A stretch of DNA of 64,000 nucleotides from Phoronis australis (lineage: Eukaryota; Animalia; Phoronida). This document shows, one piece after another, positions 1-15,600 of this stretch (positions within the stretch are counted from its first letter, which is position 1; each line of letters begins with the position of its first letter). The DNA lies in contig NMRA01000113.1 in the NCBI GenBank assembly GCA_002633005.1, positions 874,556-938,555 on the forward strand, read 5' to 3'. The position numbers and the translations under genes are program-made. The notes beneath the pieces were generated by a model. That model saw nothing but the letters and a program-made list of their open reading frames with translations, made no database searches and was not told the origin of the DNA.

Positions 1-130
1 CCAACACCTGCAGTGTGAATAGTTGAGTAGTTAAGGTTATATAGAAGCCTAGAAAATTGTCCATGAACAATTTGGCTAACTTTGGAGTATCATGTCTCAT
101 ATATCAGGTTGGCAAGATGTTCCCACGCTG

Positions 131-736
131 GTGGCGTACCCCGGGCAAAATAGATTACGATAAATTAAATTTAACTTATTAAATGCATTTATCGTCATTA
201 TTTTGACATTTGTCTCTTTATTTTGATACCAACCCTTAGGGTTTATTTTCCATTACTCATCTCTATTTATAGCCTCAAGGGCCTACTTTTGTATTCATTC
301 ATTTCTCTACGCGACACCTGATTGGTCGCCCATATTTCCTTTTGTTCAGTTCGACGTGGTCTCTCTCATTAAGCCACCTACCTCGTCGTCTACAAGACCT
401 ACGTTCGTTCTCTGCATTTTTTCCCCACCCCCCATCCCGGATGTCGGTTCCGCTTTCTCTTTTCTCATATACATTTTATGTTAGGTGTTCTTAATTTTTG
501 TGTTCGTGTTCTGTACTTTTCCTTTAAGCCCTTCAGGCTGTTCTTTTGTTTTGTTTCCCTCTTTCAGGGCTATTCATTGTACACGCCGATGGGTGTTTTG
601 TCCATGCCCATCTTGCAGAGTCTTAGTTAGTTTTATCTATTTACGTCATAATAAATGACATTATTCGCAATCCTCCTATTGTTTTACTCTGCAACATAGC
701 TCGTGGCGTACCCCGGGCAAAATAGATTACGATAAA
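131..736. repeat. 34-bp exact direct repeat (GTGGCGTACCCCGGGCAAAATAGATTACGATAAA) at 131-164 and 703-736, flanking a T-rich segment
   Basis: Identical sequence read at both positions. Confidence 0.85.
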
Positions 737-1327
737 ATACTACAAAAAGTAAACAGAATCATTTGGCAAGTCAGAAAGACGCTGTCCGGGCAAACAAGGT
801 CAACTGCCGGACGTTGGCTGAGATTGCCAGCTTTTCGCTTCAAGTATCTCGTTTTGCAAACGAGGTTTGGTGACCTCAGATCCTGTTTGGCAACATGAGA
901 GTTTTGTCAGGTCGCATTTGGCAAGTTGACGTTATGCTAAGCATTGAGCCTTGTCATACAAAACTTTCAGATACTATCATTTATGCACTTACTCAAAAAT
1001 GCTGTTAGGTATTTTTAGATTGTTCTACTTTTGCATGACGCGTTTTCGAAAATGGGACTTGTATAATTTTGTTGAAAAATCAAAAATTGCATAAAACAAA
1101 TGATTTTTTTGTTTCAAACTACTTTGTGCAGCATTTCAAAAAACAATACTTTTGCGGAAATTGATGCAGGCGGGTGCTTTTTTATTTTTATGACCTAAAG
1201 TCTCAAAGTCTCAAAGTGAGTTTGAGTTAAAAGCAGAACTGTCCTGTTTTGCCCTAACCAGGAATCTGCGTTTTGCTAGACATCAACTGTTACCAGCTCC
1301 TTTAAGATAACTTTTTACTCTTTGTAG

Positions 1328-4287
<2,960 letters not shown>

Positions 4288-5725
4288 TTGTTGTTGTTGT
4301 TATTTACCAGTTCTGTTTTGGCTTTTGTTTTTAGTGTTTCTCAGTAATCAATTGTGTGTTCATTAATATAACTAATTCTGTTATTTAGGAGTGTGCTTCA
4401 CCAGTTGGATTGTTTGTGATTTTTATGTGCCCACAATTATTGTTGGATGCATATTGCTGTCATCTCTGTTCTGTGTTCACTGCTACATCTCCTAAACCCT
4501 TGCAATATCTCCATGAAATTTTGAAAATATGTTCTTGTGAAGGTTCGGACAAATTCGACTACTGCTGTGCCAGCTGGAGACTACTTTTAAGTTTTTGCAT
4601 TAGCCTTTATAACTACCAAGTCATCTGTTAGATGTTAACGAGATTTGGCATATGCATTTTTATCCAGTAGACAATATCGTTCATAAATTTTTGAATGTAG
4701 CCAAGTGGCAATTTTAGGGTCCATTTTTTGGTGTCCACTTCTAACAAGTGGTTTGAAGAATCTTCATGAAGTCTGAGAGTGGAATATGTTCCCATCGATG
4801 AGTGCACGGATATTGTTAACGTTTGAATGCAAATAGCACTTTGTCCCAATGTAGCAGGATCATGTTTTTGTGCCTGTATAAATTTCAACCAAGTTCAGGG
4901 AAGGACAGTCTTGAAAGTTAATTAATATATTTCTAGTCAGGAGAGCATGGCTTCCATGGGTTTTGGTTCCAACCCAACTACTGCTGTGCCCCCTAGTGGC
5001 AGGTTAGTTTTTTGCCTCAGCATTAGTTTGGTGAAGGATTGTGAAAATTTACAAAAAAATAAAATGTTTTGGAGTGAAAAGAGCATACCATTTTCGAACA
5101 AATCAGGCCACTGCTATGCCCCCTAGTGGTATTTTTGCTCCAGCCTCTATCTGCAAGTTCTTTTAGGAATAGTCTTAGAATGTGGTAGAGGTGTTCCTGT
5201 AAAAATTGTTTATTTGCATTTGCTACAATATCTGCCAAGTTTAATGAAGGATTTTCAACAACATTCAGATGACGACTACTGCCCCCTATAGACTGAATTT
5301 TAAGTTTACCATGTTGCTTACTTTAGTGTTTGGAAATGTTTGAACTAAGGAGCATCCCTGATGCCTGCCATTTGCATACAGTAGTCGCACATTAACGATC
5401 TGTTTTTACATTTAAATACTGCAAATATGGTGCAGTTATTGCTGGAGTTGTCCGTCTCATTTTGGGGTATTGTTACCCACATATTGATAATCATTTCTGA
5501 TATTTGCAAACCAAATACAAAACTGAAATCGTGCACAAGGTATTGCAGTGTCTTTATGATAACATTGCAATTTTCTGTTATTTTGAACAGTGTTGTTCAT
5601 TTTATGTTATTTGGAAGATAATCTCATATTACTCGTATTTTCAGCTATTACTTAAGGTTTACTGCTACTTGGATCGTGTTTGGCACTTAGTGTGGTTTGA
5701 ATGATTCAGAAATACATGAAAGCAG

Positions 5726-5731
5726 AATAAA
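5726..5731 (+). terminator. candidate polyadenylation signal of GMPR
   Basis: AATAAA about 1.4 kb after the stop, at the end of a T/GT-rich UTR-like stretch. Confidence 0.45.
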
Positions 5732-6655
5732 GATTTTGAAATTATTCTCGTATTTTCTAAAAATACCCGACACAATAATCGACGGTTACATTGATTTCAT
5801 AGTTGGCAAAGTGACATCAATAAAGGAATAATACTGCAAGTTTGACATCAATGTCGGTGAACACACTTTTATCAAAACATTAAATTAAAGTATCCAATAC
5901 CACCATTTTAAATGTTTAACCTTGAACACACCTAACTTGACCCTTCCTTTTAGTGCGGTGTATGACAACTAAGTGTTAAAACAGCCCTTGAAGACATTCC
6001 ATCCAAGAAGCACACTTGATTTAGACCATTTACCGTTGTGAAATAGATTGACCTTTTCTTTGACCATGGAACAATTAGAGACCAATTTCATATTAGGAAG
6101 TGGTCAAAATCAAATGTTGAATTTTGTGATGGAAGCAAGTTTCAAATAACGAAAAATCAAAATCCAAAATACTACTTGGCTTAACCACAAAATTGTTGAA
6201 CAGCAGTTAACATCAATAGGAAATGAAACTGAGCAAGTTTCTGTAAATCTGACGTTGCAAATTGAGTTTTTTATGAAACAGTAACATTTTTTTAACTTAT
6301 ACACTTCATTTCCAATAAACAGGATTCTTTTACTTTGACTGAGAGATGAAATTACCATATAAATACACGTCTGAGTTCATATAGCTTCATGTGTAAACAC
6401 TCTTGTACACCTCAACAGTGTGGTGAGTTGCTACATATACCACAAACACAATGACTCGTCATTAACCACAGAGAAATAACTAATAAACACAACAGAGGGT
6501 TATGCTGCTAGCTGTAGCATTCTAAACTACACTACACAGCACAAGTCAACCAATACATGGTCACAAGAGGGTAAACACTAGTAAAAACAGTGTCCAGTAG
6601 CATTTACTAGGCTACTGATTGAATAGCACTTCAACTTGATGACAGCACACTATGT

Positions 6656-9600
6656 TCACTCTACTGTTGTATGTTCTGTCGTCATGGCAATAATGTCCTG
6701 ATCATGGGTAATAGCGACATGAGGTGACACTGTGTCATCATCCGTGTTGATATACTGTATGACAACCTGGTCTGCCGCACCATCACCATCATGTACAATA
6801 ATGGCCTCAGGGTTCACCGCTACTAGGCCCTCATCTCCTCCTTCTTCCCCTTGTACAACTGTGCTCTAAAAACAAATCAGTAACCAGTAAACATCACTTA
6901 AATCTGACACAAGCATTGTAACAAAACACACTGGCATGTTAACTGGCAGAAGGACGCCAGACATAACTTGCTTGGCATAGACACCTTACGGAGCAAATAA
7001 AGCATCCTATATCTCATAGTTTTTAACTTCAACCACAGAGAGCCCACCAGATGGTGACACAAATCCATGTCATATGTATGAAACAAAGTACACCTACATC
7101 AACGGTGGATGATTTGGGGTCTGCGGTGTCCATGAAAAATTAGAGTTTGTGGTGGAATTCTTCATTACAACACATTTCAATAGCTTTGATAATCAATTAA
7201 GTGAATTCATCTGTGTATGTGCTTACTTGTTGAGACATGTCAATTATTTGCTGTAGAATGTTGACAGCAGAGGCAGTCTTCTCATCTAGGTTGATCTGAT
7301 CACCACCTAAGTTTCAATATAGAACACTGTAACACTTAGTATTGTCTGTAAGGAACTTGTCACAATACAAGGAACACACAAGACTTCAGTCTCTCTAACC
7401 GAAGCAATTTTCAAACACATATGACCATGTTTTAAATTTCACTCTAAAATAAAGTCAAAATGTGACAATGGACATTTAAATGTTTACACCAATTTCAAGC
7501 TGTACACTTGAAACTGTAAGTTTGGCCAAAGATGTGAATGTTAACATTATGCACTCAATGAATCACAACCTCAGCACTCAAAACCCCCAAAGCTTTTCTG
7601 AACATGTTACAAACTGGAATGAAACTTTATTATGTTAATCATGTCATCAAACAAGTTGTGACTCATAGTCAACTATGTCACTTGTGACTCCTAGCCAGTT
7701 GGTTGGTTGTGCCTCCTAGTCAGTCTGTGGGTTGTGACTCTCAATCTATAATTAATTTGTGACTCCTAACCAGTCTGCAAGTTGTGACTCTTAGTCTGTC
7801 AGTAGTGACTCGTAACCAGTCTGTGACGGTTAGCTCACCTGAGTAGTGCAGTGCTTGTAAAGCAGCTGTCGCATCCATCTCTTGAGATGAGCTGCAGGAT
7901 GGGTCACCTACATGTACTACCTATACACACGAATGTATTGACCATCATTAGTGTTGTATTTCACAGTGACAGTTGAGCAAAATATAAGCAGCAACAATTA
8001 AGAGGGCAAAATATTATTAGAAACACTTAACAGTACAAAATATTATCAGCAGCACTTAACAGTACAAAATATTATTAGAAACACTTAACAGTACAAAATG
8101 TCATTAGCATCGAATAGTACAAAAGGTTATTAGCAATGCTTAACAGTAAAAAATTGCCACAGAAATAGAGTTTTACAACAAGGGCATGAAAATAATGTTC
8201 AGGTAGCAATAATAGCAAATAAAGAAACTACTTTGTAGAGAAACAAAACATGGTAACATGAGGCAAATATGAACCTAAGGCAAGAGTAATGATTTAAAGG
8301 TGGGCAGACTCAGTACACGTGACTCAAACATGACTAAGAATAGACAGAATTACTATCACTAACGATGTCATTAAGGCCAGGCACCAGTGTTCTTAATAAA
8401 GCATTTAGTGAGGATTTGCACAATTTTCCTACGAGGCTGAGTCTGTTTCACATTGCACGCCTCCAATTGTGAAGAAATATCAAATGAGCTACCATTTCAA
8501 ATTTGAATGAACCAATTAATAAGCACTGAGTAGTTTTCATTTTGGTTTAAATTTTACTGGATATTTAATACCAGGAGCCAGTATGCAGACCTGCATGTCA
8601 GACACATCAACACCTGTGTATATTACATGGCCAATACTCCCAAGATACTTCCAACCACTCAAAAGCCCAGAAAACACTGATTCCATAGTTAGCCAGCTTA
8701 AGCCCACAACAGCTTGAGCCACAACAACTGGCGCCCTCTATCTTGACACCCCAACAACTAACTATCAGTACTGACCTGAACTTGAGATGTAGCCATATTG
8801 TCGGTAGGTACATACAGTTGTGCAGAGTTGGTGTTATCAATGTTGAGAGAGTCTAGAGCGTGCAGGTCATCCACCTTAATCAACCACAGCCATCAATATA
8901 CAAGGATCAACTAGCAACAATCAATTGTTAATTATAACCCACACTTTAATGATTACCTTGTTCACAAAACGTCTCAAAGTTGTAATCAAGAAACAAAAAG
9001 ATTAATGCACAATGAAAAAAGCTTTACAAAGTGGCATTCGGCAAAACAGAATGAAAAAGAAAAAACAGTAAATTATACTGATGACAGCAATGATGAAGAG
9101 AGCAAAGAATGATGAGGATGAAGACGATGACAATGATGAGGAAGTGGTGACGATGGTGATGAGAATGATGCACGGAGGTGATGATCATGATTATGATGAC
9201 AATTAAACAGGTCATCATCAAACATTACTGATCTGTGCAACATGGATCAGTAGAAAAGAAACTGAGGAATGATCAGTACACAGAGTTGAGACTATTACCT
9301 GAATGTGATGACGTATCTTCAGGTGTCGCTTCATGTCTGACAGATTACCAAACAAGTAATCACAACTGAGACACTTGAACACTTTAGTATCCATGACAGT
9401 GCTCTTCATCTTAGTGTTGGCACTGGAAAACTGCACCCCCTTGTGGAAGCGTGTGTAGTGAATCTTCATGTAGCCAATAGTGTTGGCTGAGTAGTCACAG
9501 TGCTGACAGACATACTGCTTCACTATGTCGTGAGTCTCCATGTGTCGCTTCAAGTGACTCTTCTGGGTCGCCTCATATGGACACCTAAGGAGACAGGATG

Positions 9601-12600
9601 CGACTAACTGTACTATTCACAGGGAATAAATTAACATGGTGGAACACACTCAAGCAATGCTACAGGATGCGACTAACTGTACTATTCACAGGGAATAAAT
9701 TAACATGGTGGAACACACTCAAGCAATGCTACATCTTCAAGTGTGCGTGTATAAAACTTACATTATGCTCAAGATTACAATGTATCCAAAAAGACCATGT
9801 GAGCCCAAGTGAGTTAATTATTAAGTAAATGCATATTTCTCATTGGCCAGTGTGCACAAAAAATGAACTCGGCTAAAACTGAACGAGCACCCACACTGTG
9901 CAACTCATTACTCAAAGCAAACGTATAGGAACTAGACACAAAATGAGCCAGAATCAGTCAACACATCTTCATAAAACCTAATCCTAAGGACTAGCAATGA
10001 AGTCAAGGTTACTTATCACATTTCATCTTGCCAACATATTTTCAACGAGCCTTCTTGAACAGTTAATTCCATTTCTAGGCAGTAATGTTATCTTTAGCAT
10101 TTATCTACACTCTTGAAAAAATCCAAAAAACAAAACAAGCCTTATCCTAAAGGACTAACAATTAAGTCAAGCTTACTTATCACATTTCATCTTGCCTTCC
10201 TTATGTGATCTCTCGTGCCAGCGCCGTGCTGTTTTGGACTTGTACGCCTTACCGCAGTACTGACAGCTGAATGGTTTGTGTGCCGAGTGACGCAACATGT
10301 GTGACTTGAGGTTGTTCTTGCTACGACACGCGTAAGAACAGACATCACATTGGAATGGCTTGACATCCTGATGTATCCAGATGTGCTTCTGGAGATCAGT
10401 GGCCGACCGTAAGAATGTTCGCTCACAATACGGGCACTTGAATGTCTTCTTACCTGCAAGTTTAATCTGTATGATAAACATTCAAACCAACAACTTATTT
10501 CATTGAAGACACGACTTTGATCTGTTTTTACTAGTTTAATTTGAGTTCTTTCAAGCTCTCTAAATAGAGATCTTGTCTTTACATCACAACAGTGCAATAA
10601 AAATCAAAACGACATCAGTAGGATTTTTATTGCACTGTTGTGATGTAAAGACGAGATCTCTATTTAGAGAGCTTGAAAGAACTGAAATTAAACTAGTAAA
10701 AACAGATCAAAGTCGTGTCGTCAATGAAATTTGTATACGAGAAAGATTACTGCCAAATTATAGTGACCAACAACTTAGTGTATCAATAACACACGCTGAT
10801 GGCATGGTTGTACTGGGTATTCAAATACCAGCAAAGTACTCAATTGGTATAAGCATTCAATAATCACCCACCTACTGACCCTTACACCTGTAATCATAGT
10901 TGCTGCTAGGGCCAAAACTGTCGGTATGTGATCGTAACTTGAAATTAAAATTAGTCCATGCATTTTAACAGTGAGAACAAAAAATGAACTTCTTTACATA
11001 ACAATAAATCCAACTTCAAGTTAATTATATTCTTTCAGGAACTATACCTATTTTGCCTCTAACATGACTCTTTGTCAGCCCAGTCATCTTATCAATATCT
11101 TCACTGGTGAGTTCAGGGTGTTTGACTCTCAGGTGAAGTCTTAACTTCTTCCTACTGTAAAGTAACATACGGTAAATGTCTTAGCTTCCACAAAATGGTG
11201 AATTGTCAAGAAGACAAAATATGTGCTGAGAATGTTCGGAAGACGAATAATCAGATAAACTTTAAAAACAATCTTCAAAGTGAGGCCGAATGACTTTTTC
11301 TGATACCATAAAATATCAAAAAACTGTTATCCATTTACATATCTCATTAATGAATTTTGATCACCTTGGTATACTTTATTCACGTTTAAGTCTGCAACTA
11401 ATAGTCAAAACATGTAAGTTAATTTGGTCACTCTGATTATCACACCCAATCAAGCACAACTTACAGTCATGTTGCTGGGGAATCTCCTCCAGACACAAAA
11501 AAATCCCAGCAACCTTTGGGCATATCAAAATAGTAATAAACAAAGAGTTGAATAAGTCAAGCAGCTGGGGTGAGGCAAGATAATGCAAGTTCACATTGGC
11601 GCGAAGGAAGATCTCAGAAGTATTTTGTGAACAAGCAGCCAGTCTTGCTCGTTAAATACTAATAGAATGGATAACTAGGGTAAACCAAATGAAAACACGC
11701 TGTCCATGTCCAATGAATAAGACAGTATATCTCGCTGAAAGTACCTCGCGAGTGTCAAGCATCACCCCCAGATTCTCTAACACTACAACTGGCCAGCCCT
11801 TTACATCACCTAGCACACTTGTAGCTACAAACACTGCACTGTGTGTTATCGTGCTTTTGGTTGTGGGCCCATAGCTGCGTTCTGTTCCTTGCCACAAAGT
11901 TACATTGATTACAGGGGTAGGTCCGGTCATCGTGCTCCTTCTCCAGGTGGCGCTTCAGATTATCCTTAGTGTTACCACGGTAACTGCACAGCTCACAGGC
12001 AAACGGCTTTTCACCTGATGGATCAAAACACAGTAACTGAGAACTCAAAAAGCAGTGATGTTGATGATGACAAAACTGCGTGCAGAAATTAACATCTGAG
12101 TGAGACAAAATACACAAAAAAGCCTTTTAGTAAAACACAATTAGACAACCAAAAACATTAGGTGTGAATTAAAATCAGTTTAGTTCCCTTGATACCACCA
12201 ACAGTAATACGCGGCTGAAAACACTCTACTTCCAATTATCTCATAAAAAATCAATTGTAGACACAAAATCAGTATTTTTGCAACAAAAAATGAATATGTG
12301 AAAAAACATTTTACTGAGCAGCCATTCAGAGGTTAGGGGAAATTTAATGAAAAATAAAAGTAAAGCCATCAGATTTATGAAATATGCGGGATATTCTCCA
12401 TTGACCTCCACCTATGTCACAATATGCCAACAATAGCTTGCAAGCAGGCTTTTAGGGACAGGCTTATCCCTAGCTTACCTGTGGTTCAAATAGGGGATTT
12501 CAATTAAAAACAGTTAAAATTGTTAGTTATATTTATCATAACGTGTTCTGCAAAAAATCTTCAGTGCATAAAGTTACAATAACAGCTTATCATTTAAAAT

Positions 12601-15600
12601 GACTTATTCTTATTAAAATGACATAGGCAAAAAATTGAATTTTGCACCTCAAAAGCGAGGCCCCCTATATTAATATAGGCGGCCTCGCTTTTGAGGCCTG
12701 AAATTCAATTTTTTGCCTATGTCATTTTAACAAGAATAAGTCATTTTAAATAAGAAGCTGTTCAATTTTAAATGTGGCACCTTTTCATCTGTGGTCAAGT
12801 GTACTTTAAATACAAGAGTGGACTGCACTCACCAGTGTGTGTCCTTAAATGAGGCTCATAATCCAGCTTCGACCCAAACAGTCGGCCACAGAACTCACAC
12901 TCCATGTTGCCAAAAATCTCTCTCAGTGTCTCCAGAATTTTCATAGTCAGCTGTCTGTACCCAAGGGCAGAATACAAGTCATCTGTTGTCCCTTTTTCTT
13001 TGCCCGTACCACTGGGAGCTTCACCCCCCTCAGTGGGAGCCTGGACATTCTCAGTGGGACTTGGGACCTCCTCACTAGGCTGTGATCCCTGCTGATCCTC
13101 AGTCTCCCCTGAGCCCTGCTTACTGTCAACTGTCAACTCCACCGGTAAGCCTGTGTTGTCACCCTCTGTAGCATGTTCAGGCAGGTAAACACTGCCCTCT
13201 ATACACTTAGCTAAAAGTGTATCCCAGCCATCAATGTTGTATCTCAACTCATGCTGTTCAAGCACATGTGTCTGAAGGCGTATAGTGCTCAAGAACTTGT
13301 CACTGCACAGACAGCAGTGATAGATGATGCGATGCTTCTTGAAGTGTGCCAACAGGTAGACCCGACGACTGGCCACGTACTCGCACATGTCACACTTAAC
13401 CACGTTAGTACCATCACGGATGTCGTGTACAAATAAATGTCGGTCACGGTCAACCTTCTTCTTGAACTTGCGATTACATACATGACAGAGATAGAGTAGA
13501 CTGTTCATCCTACTCGTCTTGGGTTGCAGAGTCTCCAAGAATGCTTGGCCGTCTTTACTGCGACTATGATACTTGCGTACATGGTTTACTAGTGACTTGA
13601 CTGTGTTATAGTCCTTTTTACACACTTGACACTCGTGACGCAGTCCGTTGTGTGTGTCCTCATGCTCCTTCAGGTGAGTCTTATTCACTGTCATGAAGCT
13701 GCAGTGTTTACACATGAAGAAATGACCTGTATGCTTCTTCATGTGAGTGTACATGTTACCTGCAACCCAGCATCAATACTATAAGCTTAAGATGCACTCA
13801 CTTATGACCAATTATCAAACAAATAACGGTAAAGAAGAAAATGTAAATTGTATGGTTAACACTCATTCTTCAGATACAGATATGTCATTTCACAAATACT
13901 GAACAGTAGATGCCGGACCGGATCAGAAAATACATCCTCTTAAAATCTGACATAACCTGAATATGAACTCAACAGCTCAACGCTCATCACGTTAAACCAA
14001 AAAGTTTAGACAGCAAGAGTGAAAACTCACAGCGACTCCTATCAAAAATTTTCTAACCAATGGGAAATAGCCCCACCCGTAATTTGAAAGATCCTCCAAG
14101 AATTTAGGAAATACAGCTGTGGATAAAAAATAAAATTGTCACTAAGAGGTGCCACACTATTCAGACCCACACGAAAAATCAACCTTAGCCATGCTGTTCT
14201 CAGTATGAATACATCTGCCAATTTTGTTAATGGTCCTTAGAGCAGTTTGGCGGATAGAGAACAACACTGGAAAATAACAAAAATGGCAACTGGGTAGTGA
14301 AGAATATGTCTGACCCAAGTATTCATCAGTTGCTGATGGACTGTTGTTCACTACCATATACACGAAAGTTTCACATAATGACCAATACTTGAGTGCTCAA
14401 TCTCACCACCATAAAGAGCACAAACTTGGGGAGATTAAGACCCCATTCAACAAGGTTAGAATTCACAATTCCGAGAGGATGAACAAAGGGAGGATATCTG
14501 GAATAACCTGGGCAAGTGTGGTTTGGTTACAGTGGCAGATATTTTAACATTTCTGAATGTGTGTCACCTCTGTATACCAATCTTGATCAGACTGAACCAG
14601 TTGTTTCAGTGTGCTTACCGTACATCCATGTGACTTTAGAAGCACTCAGGCACACCTTTACACGTAATTGCAACCGTTGTTATTTTAAACCAAAAGACAC
14701 CTTATGTGAAACTTTGGTCTCCCCCAAGTACCCCCAGCATTTCAGAGAAATGTGGGACAGTGTATAAAATCACATGCAAAAACTTTGACAACATACCTAC
14801 ACATTTTCCGATCATCTGTGCAACCAGTTGTAGTGCAGTGTCCACCTGAATGGCTACAAGATTCGGCAGTAGTGATTTCTACCAGCATTGCCAATAGGCC
14901 TCTAGTTTCAATCAAACACTTCCCACATTCATGAGTATCCCCCCTTGCTCTATAGGCAGTTTGGTCCATCCTTTTCTCATCAAAGCAATGTTAGTAGACT
15001 ATAAAACTGAGCAGCCAAACTCACCTTTGGAGTTGGATGTATACGGGCATTTGGGGCAGTGGAAGGGCTTGAGGTGTGTGTGGGTAAGGCAGTGAAGCCT
15101 CATGTGGGACAGAGTCTTGAACACTTTGTCACACGTCTTACACGAGAAGATGGACAACTGGTTACTGCGCGGCAGGTCTGCCTGGCCGTTCTCATTCATA
15201 TTCTGTTCTATCATGTGAACAGTGTACATGTCGTCAACGATACTTAGGTCTACATTGATGCACTCTTCAAACTCCAGTCGGTCCTGTTCAGTGCGGAACA
15301 ATGGCATCTTTGGACCATGGGCATCAACCAAAGTCACGTCACCTGATTCAGTCATCTGTAAAAGACCAGGGAAATTAAAATAACAAAAGCTTGGAATACA
15401 AAAATAAAATAAAAATGAAATGGATCAAAGTCCCATGTAAGCAACACCAGCATTGAGTACTACGCATGAAGAACATGTTTTGGCTGAAACCCCTTCGACT
15501 GATTTTTTAATATATAAAAAGTGAGTTAGCATTCCTAATTCTCTGCTCTGGGAAGTCACCAATCCTTCTGGGTAGAAAGTCAAGTGAGACGAACAGACAA

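Noticed and set aside
9024-9221. His/Ile-rich ORF
   Set aside because: Translation of an intronic trinucleotide tract.
10573-10863. ORFs sharing the HCCDVKTRSLFRELER peptide on both strands
   Set aside because: Artefact of the inverted repeat.
11151-11157. NAGNAG (CAGTAG) acceptor in ZFAT
   Set aside because: A common feature; it would change the protein by only one residue.
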